From the NCBI RefSeq assembly GCF_009914755.1, contig NC_060927.1: DNA of 64,000 nt; one strand, given 5' to 3'. The notes beneath the pieces were generated by a model. It was not told where the DNA came from and made no database searches. It saw only the letters and a list, made by a program, of their open reading frames with translations. Every line of letters begins with the position of its first letter. Within the stretch, counting starts at the first letter, position 1. Source of the DNA: the human T2T-CHM13v2.0 reference genome, Homo sapiens. The position numbers and the translations under genes are program-made. Below, in pieces: positions 1 through 12,520 of this stretch.

Positions 1-106
1 GTTTCACCATGTTAGCCAGGATAGTGTCAATCTCCTGACCTCATGATCCACCCACCTCGGCCTCCCAAAGTGCTGGGACTACAGGTGTCAGCCACAGTGC
101 CCAGCC
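1..106 (-). mobile_element. Alu, left-arm part, cut by the window edge
   Basis: gtttcaccatgttagccagg...cctcccaaagtgctgggactacagg matches Alu consensus in reverse orientation. Confidence 0.9.
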
Positions 107-399
107 AAGCCCAGGTTCTTTTCATGTAGATGAAGCCTTCAGGTAGCAAACTTCAGAGAGAATAGATGGCAAATGTCTCTTGTCTGACCTTAAAAAGTGT
201 CAGCCTCTCCAGAAAAGACCTAGTAAGAGAAGGAGATTCTCTACAGAATGCAAATTTTCCCACACAAGAGAAAGCTTTGCAGGCCCGTTTCAAAATATGT
301 CAACAAAATATATTTTGGGGTAAAATACTTTGATTTCCTTAAGGGCCTACTGTTTCATGATGCTGTCATGAAAAAAAACTAGTTCCAACCATCATGGGC

Positions 400-1457
400 A
401 TAAGGAGACCCACAATGGGTAGCTCCTCTCTGTAGGCAGGTGGTCCTGTGGAGTGTTCAGCTCTCAGCAGAGAGGAGGCCCTGGGAGGGTGGCTCCTCTC
501 TGCAGGCAGTTCATCTCATTGTCTCTGCAGCTCTCAGTAGATTGGAGCCCCTGGAGAGGGTAGCTCCACTCTCTACTGGTCGTCCTGACATCTGCCGAAC
601 TCCTAGCAGAGAGGAAGCCCTGGAGTGGGTTGCTCCTCTCTGAAGCTGGTAGTCCCAACATCTCTGCAGGCCTGTGAAGCTCTCAGCAGAAAGGGTAGCT
701 CTTCTCTGCAGCTGGTCATCCCATAGTCTGCTTAGCTCTGGCTGAACCTGGGGTTTTTATGGGCCTCAGAGGGGAAAAAGTGTATGCTGATTGGTACTTG
801 GGTGGGCCTGGAAAAGGCACCACAAGTTCCCAGTCCAGTCCATGAGACTGGCAGCCTTGGCTCCCAGCCTTCAGACCCTCCCTGGCCTGAAGGTGGGGCC
901 TCACTGGGGACCGGCCCCCTTCCATCCAGGAATCTGTCTGCCTCCTGCTGCCTTCATGACACCTGAGCTTGGCCCCAACATTCCTCCAAGATTGGAGTGG
1001 GCAACAACAGCAGGGAGAAGCCAGGCAATGGGAGCAGGCACTGCTGAGCCTGCAAGGGGAAGGGATGCTTCCTGGCCCTCAAGAGTGCAGGGGTGCCTGA
1101 GTCTGCAGCCATGGTTTAGGCAGCTACAGCTGTGCCTGGGAGGGCAGGGATCCTGCTTGCTCCTGGCCTCCCAAGAGCACAGGGAGGCTCAGACCTGCAG
1201 CCACAAGTTGGGCAGCTACAGCCCTGCCCCGGAGGGCAGGGCTCCTGCCTGCTCTGTGGAGTGGGAGGCCCAGGTCTGCAACCCAATGGTTTGGGCAGCT
1301 GCAGTGGCACCTGGGGAGCTCCCACCCCAACTTGGAAGGGCTTCATGGAGTGTGCAACCCTAGCCACGTCTCCCTGCTGCAGCTGGGAGCTACAGTTGAA
1401 CAGTTGGCTACATTTCATTGTCCAAAACACAGTGATCTGGAGCAGCCACTGCCATCA
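400..1457. mobile_element. MER52-family LTR fragment
   Basis: Repeated ctctcagcagagaggagnccctggagngggtagctcctctctgcag units and the terminal gccactgccatca are typical of MER52. Confidence 0.7.
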
Positions 1458-1499
1458 ATGGTATATCAGAATCATGTTGAAATACGGTGTTCTATTGCT

Positions 1500-2151
1500 G
1501 TTACTGGAAGGAGGGCCTTGGGTGTAAGTTGTCTAGGTTCTTGGTGTTTTGAACAAAAAACTGGACAAAATGCACTAAGTAACAAAGGAATGAAACACAG
1601 GATCGAAGTACCAAAATCAGGGATTTATAAAAGAGAGAAGGTACGCCACAGGGTGGGACTGGGCCCGAGCAGCTCAAGGGCCCAGTTACAAAGTTTTCTG
1701 GGTTTCAAGCACTCCTTTTGAGGTTCCTATCAGTTACCCCTTATATAGTTGAAGGATTTGGTCTGTGGCTAAGTAAACACTGAGGTGAATGGCACCCTAT
1801 GCAGATGAAGGGATGGTCCCTGCTTGGCCTGTGGCCACTCCAAGCCACTCTCCCTTTTTGTCTAAGCCATGGTGGAAGGGGGAGGGTTGTAGAAAGAGTA
1901 ACCTTTGACCCTTTGCTACTAAGGCATGGGGAGCTGGGTTTTTCCTTTCGGTTTAGCTTCAGGAAGTTGGCATTAACTGGCCTTAGGGCCCCTGCCTCCA
2001 GACCCAGGTGTTTCCCTTTTGATCCAGCTTTGGGAAGTCAGCACAAATTGGCCTCAGATTCCCTGCTTCCCCCCAGACCTTGGTGTTTTTCCTTGATTCA
2101 GCATGAATTGGCCTTAAGTTCCTTGCCTCCAGACTGTACTATCCTGCCTCA
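1500..2151 (-). mobile_element. MER51-family ERV1 solo LTR
   Basis: Bounded by tgttac...cctgcctca; the reverse start reads TGAGGCAGGA..gtctggaggcaaggaacttaaggccaattca. Confidence 0.6.
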
Positions 2152-2652
2152 TTGCTACAGAGTCTGTTTTGTCAGTCTTGAGACCCCAGTTTTCTTGTTA
2201 ATACTGGTCTATTGTGTCTAAACTCTAAAGGGAGGAGGGTAAAATGAGGCAAGTCTGACCCCTTATGCCCATGATGGTTGGAACTAGTTTTTTAGGGGTT
2301 TTTTGGAATTCCCCTTCTCCAAGGGGAGGGGTTCATTCAATGGAGGCACAGAGGGCTTAGAGTTTTACTTTTGGTTTACACAAGCTTAAAGAGAAAAAAC
2401 TTGCCTTCAATACTAAAACTAAAAGATGGGACTGGAAATTTCAAAGATAAAGACCCCAAACAGAGAAAACAGCACTTCCACATCCACATTTGGGAACCAT
2501 TAGCACAGAGGTCCCAGGTGACTGCTCTTTCCTGCCCAGGAAGCCAGGAGAGATGCAGGCCCCCGAAGCACACTGGCTGGCCTAAAACAAGGGCAAGGCC
2601 TTTCCTTGTTGAAGATGTCCCGGCCAAACTCAGACTCGTTCTTGTTCCCGCA

Positions 2653-3119
2653 TGACGCAGGAGAATAGGGTCTGGAGGGAGGGAACCTAAGGCCGATTCA
2701 TGCTGACTTCCTAGAACTGAATCAAAAGGAAAACCTCACCTCTTCACACCCAAGTAACAAAAGGATCAGAGGCTACTCCCTTTGCACTACATAGCAGATA
2801 AAAAATAAAAAAGTACCTCTGATTGGTCCCCTCCTGCAACCAATCACAATGGTTGTGGACCATTCCTTCATTTACGTAGGGTATAACAAAGTAACCAATG
2901 GGAAACCTCTGGAAGGTACTCAAACCCTAGAAGATTTTGCAACTGGTGCTCTTGAGCCACTTCCTCAAGCCTGCTGTCACTCTGTGGAGTGTACTTTGGT
3001 TTCAATAAATCTGTGCTTTTGTTGCTTCATTCCTTCACTGCTTTGTGTGTTTTGTTCAATTCTTTGTTGAAAACACCAAGAACCTGATGGCTTGTGGTCA
3101 AGACCCTCCACCAGTAACA
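2653..3119 (+). mobile_element. MER51-family ERV1 solo LTR
   Basis: Starts TGACGCAGGAGAATAGGGTCTGGAGG, has CCAAT boxes and AATAAA near 3005, and ends ccagtaaCA. Confidence 0.75.
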
Positions 3120-4095
3120 TGTACACACATATGCACATATACACATGACCACATACGTGGCAGGAAGGGGCACAGAACCTGGAGTCAAGTCACCTCTGGC
3201 TATTGCCAGCTATTTGCTGGGACAGGTCAGTTGTCCTCTCTGAGTCTCGGTCTCCTGGGCTGTAGCCAGGGAGAAATAATATCTACTGTACAGGACTATG
3301 GGGACAGCCAAAAGCCCTTTATAAACCTAAGAAAGAGAAGTCGTTAGGAACTATTCATGGGCACTCACAGCAAGGCAACCCCATCTTGTAGGATGGCATC
3401 TGTCCCCAGGGCAGGGAGCAGGAGACCTGTTTCCAGCGGTTTCCAGGGTAACTTGGAGCAAATCACTTACCTTTCTTGGACTCAGTCCCTGGAAGAAGAG
3501 GCCATCCCAGACCCCTTCCTCCCAGGAACTCATTCATTCTGTCAGCAAACATAGACTGGGGGCCTGCCAAAGGTGGCGGGTACAACCCATCACTGCCCAT
3601 GGGCTATGCACCGCCTTGCTGTAGGAACTGGCCTATAACTGCATCACAACCCGAAATCTGGACAAAGGGCAGAGGAAGCTGAGACTCCTTCCCCTGGGGT
3701 GGGGGCTTGAGGGGCTCAGGAGGACTCTCCAGAAGAGGTGACATTTCAACAGGGCCTTGAAAGCCAAATAGGTATTTTTCAGAGGGAGAGTGGGGAGGGG
3801 CAAAGGCATTCCAGACGAGGGTGACATCCTATGGCGAGGCAGGCCTGCAGGTGGGAAGGAGGGGAGGATGGGCAGAGTTTGTGCTGTGGAGCACAGTGGC
3901 CCAGCCGTGAGAGAGGTGCAGGACGGAGCACACAGGGTGGGCTGGGCAGGCTGGGCAGGGTGCTGACTGACGGCTGCAGGGCTGCTCCCCAGGCATGGGT
4001 AATCGTCCCACGCATCTGGAGGCAGGCTCTGTATGCATCTGGTTCTTTCCATGGCCCTGAAAACAGTCTTTTTTTCCCTTGATGAAATCCTGCAG

Positions 4096-4233
4096 TCTGC
4101 TCCCATGTACCAGTACCTGGATAGGAAACTGTTCAAGGAAGCCTACCAGATTGCTTGCTTGGGTGTCACAGACACTGATCGGCGTGCACTGGCCATGGAA
4201 GCGCTAGGTTTAGATTTTGAAACAGCAAAGAAG
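4096..4233 (+). pseudogene. IFT122 pseudo-exon (about exon 16)
   Basis: cag|TCTGCTCCC...AAGAAG|gtaag encodes [46 protein letters not shown]; recalled parent reads ...TDWRELAMEALEGLDF... Confidence 0.9.
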
Positions 4234-5796
4234 GTAAGCATCTAGCCAGCAGGAGCTGGAGTTTGGTCCTTGTGGGGTCCCTTAAGAAGGCAGATGGGGA
4301 CGCAGGTGGCACGGAGAGGCCATAGACTGCAGCAGTCTCTGGAGTTAGGCTGACCTGGGCTTGTATCTTAGCCACTTCCTCACTGTGGGCCTGGGTAGGT
4401 GACACCCTTTCTAAGATTGCTTCTCTATAGACGTAGGGTGATGACAGGCCCCATCCTCACAAAGCTGTGAGGATCAAATGGGAGGATGCCTGTAAAGCCT
4501 GACCCAGGAGCAGCATGTCAGATTCTGGCTGTCACTCTTATTAGCTGTTCTCTATGGGAAGCACCTGGCTAGTAGCCTGGCACATCACAGGCACTCCGTA
4601 AATGGCGGCTTTTATTATCGGTGTAGTCACTGGCCATGATGCTGCACACAATGCTGCTTTTCTTAGCATCTGCCAACTAAGGTGGGAGAGATGGTCAAGG
4701 TCTCTGATTCTGACAGCAATGTGGGCACTTCCCACGTACCTTCATGGCGGGATTCATGGACTTGATTCGTTGTGTCCTTTCCTGGCCTAGTCTATGAAAG
4801 CTAGAGAGATGGCTGAAAACATCTGACCCCTCTCTGCACATAAGGAAAGGCCCAGGTATGTTCCTGAGCTGTGTTTCCATCTAGAACCTCAGATGGAGGA
4901 AGGAATGGCTTCCAACCTCCACTCCCCTACCCCTTCCCTCTTTATCTCCCCACAGTCAATTAAGGAGCTGCTCATTTTGTCCATATTCCTGGGCTGACAT
5001 TGAAGGAGTGGCAAAGAGGGACGTGATGCCCGCCTTGGGTTAGATCAAGACTTGTAGGCATGAAGAGAGGAGACTGGACCAGACCAGGACTCAGAAGCCG
5101 GCTGAGAGCCAGCTGTGTCACGTAAGGGGCTCTGGGACCTCAGGCCAGCGGCTTCCCTCAGAGCCCCGGTCCTCCCAGTTCTGAAATGGGGGTAGTGAGA
5201 ATGCCCACTGCAGTCACAAGGCTTAACTGAGATGTTGTAAAGGGGAATTTAAAGCAGGGATGGTTGTGCAGATGCTAGCCATTACTTGAACATTGTTACA
5301 CAATGATCAAGATTATATTTTTAGATGTCCCCAGTGTAGGGAAGTGGAGATGGAGGAAGCTGTAAGATTCAGAGGAGGGAGGAGGCATCCCCATGGAGGG
5401 AGCTTCCCTCTCCTGCCCCACCCAGAAATGCCAGCAGGGAGGAAGATGACAAATCCCCAGAATAGGTGTTGTTTTGGGCACAGAATGAAATTAAGAACCT
5501 TCCCTCTAGATTGTCACCTCCTTACACCCAGGAACCAAACACGTACCTCATCTTAATAACACTGCACACTGCCTAGCACAGTGCCTTAGACAGGTTGGTG
5601 CTCAACAAATATTTGAATGGATAACAACTAAGTTTATTCGTTCATTTATTTAACTCCCCAGCCTGTATCACCAAAACACTCCCTGAGAATTGAAAGGGTG
5701 TATTAAAGCCACAAGATTTAAAAAATAACACTGTTCATTGATTTATTTAAATTAAAAAATAATTGTATATGGTAAATATCTATTAAGTACAACATG

Positions 5797-6087
<291 letters not shown>

Positions 6088-8029
6088 TCAGTACAATATG
6101 ATGTTTTGAAAAAGCTGGATGATTTTGACAATAGGGTAGGAGTTGCTATTTCATCTAAATCCTGTATCCCCCCCCTTTCTTTCCCTCTGTGACAGGCACT
6201 CAGGCTCACCAGTTTGCACAGGGTGGTCCCCAGTGATGGTATGCCATCCCCACTAGATGGCAGAGAAGAGCTGCTGAGCTCTGGCCAGGCCATGAGTAGA
6301 GCTGCAGGTGCCTCCCTGTTCCCAGGCTTCCCTCTACTGAGCTCATTCAGGGGCCTTCTGACCACTCTGAACAGCTGCCGTGATGCTGCAGGATGCATCA
6401 GGTTGAAGGAACTTGGAAACAGATTTCTCAGTGGGCAAATCCTAGACTCCAGCACAGCCGACCTAGAGCTGGAAAGACCCTTGAGAGGGTGTCACTAGCA
6501 GCCCCCTTTCCACAAAGATGGCTGGAGCCCAGAAGCAGAGAAGTAGGCTCAGAGCGAGGACTGAGACCTCGAATGCTCCTTTCCCTCTCGGCCACTGTGC
6601 CGTGCTTTGCAGGGTTGTCCTCTCAAGGTGTTTTAAGGAAACCCAGATCTAGAGGGTAGTGTATAACACCTGCAGCTTGGCACAACAGCTACTGCTACCC
6701 CTCTGTTCCTTAGCCCATGTGATGCCCGCATTGCCCTTTTCTATGAATTCTTCTTCACAAACACTTGTTTGCTAGGTTCTGACTCTGATGCCTCCCTTAA
6801 CGCTGCCTCCCACCCCTGCTCATGCTCAGACCATTCATCCGTGTTCTCCAGGCATCTGGTTCATAGTCGGAGAGCTCTTAGCTCTAGGAGGTGTCATTAT
6901 CTGTTTAATTGGTCAGCCTCCCCTGTTAGAATGTGGCCTCTGAATTGTGGAGGGGGACAGGGGCCGAGACATGTTTCTTCCTGGGTCCTCAGTCTCTGAC
7001 AGGAAGCCTGGTCCTGTGGGATGAAAAGATGAAGTTGCATTGTGGTCACCTGCAAGGCAGCCAGAGGCTGGGGACTCGCTCATCCCCTGAGGTCTTTTCA
7101 GGAGGGAGGATGCCATGCTGCTGAGCAGAGGCTGCAAGTGGTCAGGATTGCTCTGCGTGTTCGGTTCAAAGGGCTCTGGAGCTGCTGCCTCCTCTAGGCA
7201 CAGGTCAGCCCATTTTGAATGGGGCGATAAATGGTGACAGCAAAGCCACCTGAAAGCAGCCTGACCTGGTGGCTTGTGCTCCTCCAAACCCTGGGCAGAA
7301 TCTGAAAGCAGCAAAACTAGCTTAGCTAACACCAGTCTGCTTGTTCCTCAGAAACTTCTAGAGGTCCATGAGTTAAAGTCTCTGGCTTTACTGTGAGTTC
7401 AAGGCAAGGGCTGCAATTTTAGGATTTATATAAGAGTTTGCCTTCCACAGACTTGGCGGGATTCATTCCCTACCCCTCCACCTTCTCCAAGAATCTGTGT
7501 TTATGCCCTCTCAGCTTTCCCCTCCTCCACGCCCTCTGCAGTACCAGGTGCTCTGGGTCCCCTGTGTCTGTGGCACGACTGGGTAGGCACAGCTGTCCCC
7601 TGCATTCTACCCATGTCGCCAAGATGTATAGGCAGTCTCTCATCAGTCCATGCATCTCTCTCTCTCTTGCTGTGATGCTGCCTGCCCGCCCCCCCCGCCC
7701 CCCGCCGAGGGTCAAACTGGCTTCTTCTTTGGCTCGAGAGTCTCCCAAGGAGGCACCGCCACAGACTGTGGCATCGCGGTTTTGTTTTACCTGATCCCAA
7801 AATGACTGATGCAACCGGGATGTCTTTGCTGTTCTTTGCATGATCCAATTTTGGGGATAAAGCCGCGCCTCACTGGGTGGTATAACCTCCTGCACGCACG
7901 ATGATTAATTTGTGCTTGCTCCCTTCCTCTCCTCTGTGGCTCACTGTCTAGGTGAGCTTGACTTCCCACCCCCAGCCAGTCACCCACTTTTGAAGCCAAG
8001 AAGGCAGCTGATTTTATTATTCCCCACAG

Positions 8030-8068
8030 GCTTTCATCAGAGTACAAGACCTCATCAGCAGCATTGAG
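8030..8068 (+). pseudogene. IFT122 pseudo-exon (about exon 17) with a 15-nt in-frame deletion
   Basis: cag|GCTTTCATCAGAGTACAAGACCTCATCAGCAGCATTGAG|gt encodes AFIRVQDLISSIE; recalled parent is AFIRVQDLRYLELISSIE. Confidence 0.85.
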
Positions 8069-8144
8069 GTAAAAGTTGAAGCATTCTTACTTGTCAAGAA
8101 AGTGGACTTGGGGTTCGGGGTTCAGGGGCAGCCCTTGTGGCAGG

Positions 8145-8494
8145 TGTATTAGTTCATTTTCACGCTGCTGGAAAAGATGTACGTGAGACTGGGCAATTTA
8201 CAAAAGAAAGAGGTCTAATTAGACTTGCAGTTCCACATGGCTAAGGAAGCCTCATGATCATGGCAGAAGGCAAGGAAGAGCAAGTCACAGCTTATATGGA
8301 TGGCAGCAGGCAAACAGAGAGCTTGTGCAGGGGAACTCCTCTTTTTAAAACCATCAGATCTCGTGAGACTTACTATCATGAGAACAGCATGGGAAAGACC
8401 TGCCCCATGATTCAATTACCCGCCACGGGGTCCCTCCCACAACACATGGGAATTCAAGATGAGATCTGGGTGGGGACACAGCCAAACCATATCA
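8145..8494 (-). mobile_element. THE1-family MaLR solo LTR
   Basis: tgtattagtt...ccaaaccatatca with a 5-bp target-site duplication (TSD) GCAGG at 8140-8144 and 8495-8499. Confidence 0.9.
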
Positions 8495-8987
8495 GCAGGC
8501 AAAAGCCCTGAGGACACGGGAGCAGAGCTCACTGGCGTCTGGGCATCTGGGCCACAGCCTTGCTCCAGGGGCAGAGTGGCCACACAGTAGGAGACAGCAG
8601 TGGGCAGTGTGAGCTGTCACGTGGTAACTGACTGAGGCAGATGGGTTCCCGATCTCTCCAGGGTTGGGTTTCTTGTCTGTGAAAAGGGATTGGACCTACG
8701 TCACAGGCTGCTGTGAGGATTCAGTAGGTTCTCAGGAACTGGTTTGCATCCTCCTGGTGGCGGATAGCTGGTCACCATCCTCTCAGACTCCAGTAATCTG
8801 ATAGCGCTGGAGGAGTTTCCCAAATGCACATGAGCTGAGCTCCATTCCCCAGAAATGGACCTGGGGAGCAAGGCCCACAGTCTGAACTGAGCGCCCCAGA
8901 GTTCTGGAGCAACTCCCAGCCCTACTGTTCCTGGCTGAGAATATTCAGTTTGTCATCCAACCCAATAGGCCTGCAGTGGGCTAATGA

Positions 8988-9653
<666 letters not shown>

Positions 9654-10739
9654 GAAAGTTCTTACTTTCTGTATATCTCAGTGCTGTCTGTTAAAAGGCG
9701 TACACATTTTTTCTCCTGAACAGATTTATTGTGAGGGTATGGGAACGTGAGATACATTTGAATTCCCAGTTGGAAACAGTGAAGAAATCAGCAAATGTCT
9801 TGTCCCTCTCATTTATTTCCACATAATAAACACCTGTCATGGGCCAACCCTTGTGCCGAGCTCAGTGGGCACAGAGCTGAGGAGAGAGGCCGACAGGAGC
9901 TCCCAGCCTGCCAAGCCTCATAACGTAAGCTGCTCTGTGTTGAGTCTGCTCTGTGCCCCACGCGTCATTTATGCAAATGCTGCTCTAGATCCTCACGTTA
10001 GCTGAATGAGGCAGGTACTATTGCTCTCCCTATTCCATGCAGGAGGAAACTAAGGCTCAGCGAGACATATGCCACGTCCCCATGGGTCCACAGCCAAAAG
10101 CTCAGTGGAATTCAAATCCACTCTGTCTCCTAAGCTTATGCTCTCTCGGCCACATACCCTCCCCACCCATGTATCGTAAGGGGCATCTGTATATTCTGGG
10201 GTTTACCTACCCGCATGGTAAAGGGCTTGTTCAGAGCTATTGCCTGAAATGCCCAGTGCTGCTGACTCTCACTTGTAAATCCACTGGCCTGGATCTGGGG
10301 GTCTTCACCTGAAGCCAAGGAGCATAACTTTGCTGTCTACAAAAGTAATGATTGCTGTGGGGTCCAACTATTGTCATTTGTCAGGTCTTACCAAGGTTAA
10401 AATGTCTGCCTCTCCTCGTGTGCTATGAGCTGGGAAGTGGGTTAAAGTAAACTCCTAAGAGTGTATCTTAAAAAAAAATGAAGTGCCTTCAAGTGCGCTC
10501 CACATCGACTGCTCAGGGCTTAGTTGCACACATCTGGGTGCTCAGCATAATTCCAGAGAACTGCGGATCCTCAGTGGGTGCCTTTTGGATAGGGGAGATG
10601 TTCTTGTCCTGCTGACGGGGAGAAAGAACCTGCCCATGTTGACATGCACCTGCTGAGTGCCACAGATTGTTTTTATTGGTCATGGTGATATCCTGGGGCC
10701 TAGAATGGAAATGGACTCATTTTCATGCCTAGTAAAACC

Positions 10740-10897
10740 TTTTTTTTGGGAGGTTTTTTTTTTTTTTCTTTTTTTTTGCAGAGAGAGAGTCTTGCTATGT
10801 TGACCAGGCTGGTCTTGAATTCCTGGGCTCAGGCGATCCTCCTGCTGTGCCCTCCTAAAGTGTAGGGATCACAGGCATGAGTCATCACATCCAGCCA
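10740..10897 (-). mobile_element. Alu monomer (FLAM-like)
   Basis: Poly-T followed by a single Alu arm. Confidence 0.75.
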
Positions 10898-11250
10898 AAA
10901 TCTATCTTTTATCTCACCGCAAGCTTTTAATTCATTTCCAACTATTAGGAATTAGTTTGTTTCATAAGCCTGAGATATGTGCAGGATTTTTGAAAGATGA
11001 TTTCTGTCAGTGTGGAAGCATGTTGCCTCCAGCAGTCGTTAAAACTTTCACCAGCTTGTCTAAGAGTTTGATTCAATGTCTCATCGTCCTCCGACATGCT
11101 ACTCTTGCTAGTAAACAAGCAAAAGGAAACTGCTAGGGCTCAGGGTTTGGGTGCTACTGAGTGTTTACAAATACTCGAGCTGTAGACAAGCAAATGTTCC
11201 CTGACACAGAAGGAAGAAGTGTGCAGGATATTCCTCTTTATCCTCAGCTC

Positions 11251-11254
<4 letters not shown>

Positions 11255-11317
<63 letters not shown>

Positions 11318-11332
11318 TGTGTGTGTGTGTGT
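11255..11332. repeat. Compound microsatellite (GA)30(GT)9
   Basis: Read directly from the sequence. Confidence 0.95.
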
Positions 11333-12052
11333 TGGGGACAATCACTTGCTTCAGAAGACAGTATTGTGTGATACAAGGAATATCTGGAGTCAGACAGAAC
11401 TGTGTCCAAATTCCAGCTCTGTCTGACCCTGACCTGTTCCTCTTCTTGAGTCTCAGCGTCCTTCACTCTAACACTTGGGTAGTGAGACCTACCCTGAGGG
11501 TCACTGAGAGGAATAAAGGGGCCATGTGTGTATAAAGTATATACCCAGAACCTAGTGGATGTTCAGCACGGGATTTCTTACCTTCTCTTTAGAAGTAGGG
11601 ACATCGTAAGACTTGTCATCCTATTTTATTGGTCTCCCTCTTGGGCAGAAACCCTAAACATTCTGCTCTGTCATCCCCATGAGCCACAACTCTGCCAAAC
11701 GGGGCCTGCGGATTTGGGAGATCTTGGGAGCTTAGGGGTCATGGATGAGTCAGAGCACACACTATTCAAACTATTCCGTCATAGCTTTGGAATACACAGG
11801 AAAGCAACCCTGAGGAATTTCCATTAAACAAACAAAGGTTTGCATCTTTTTTTGATCTTTGCTTGTCTGGTAAAAGCCTGCTTTTGTTATCAAGCCTTCC
11901 CAGCGGGAACCTAGGGGAGAGAGACAACAGCCAGGAGCCAAGCCCAGGTTCCAGTAGGAAGGCCCAGGGGCCTCACTTGAAATAGCCACATCTAACCTTT
12001 GTAAAGGCTGCTTTCTGCCCATGGCTGCAGAGGCCATTTCCTTTGCTTCTAA

Positions 12053-12520
<468 letters not shown>

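Larger units (their letters stand above)
109..2380 (-). mobile_element. MER4-group ERV1 LTR, interrupted by MER52 and MER51-family insertions
   Basis: Reverse complement near 2380 reads TGTAAACCAAAAGTAAAACTCTAAGCCC, a MER4-type LTR start. 109-360 and 2152-2380 resemble the MER4-type LTR at 20927-21732. Subfamily is from recall. Confidence 0.6.

Noticed and set aside
440-2221. Cluster of 60-190 aa ORFs
   Set aside because: They lie within GC-rich MER52/MER51 LTRs, show no recognisable gag/pol/env motifs and overlap in several frames
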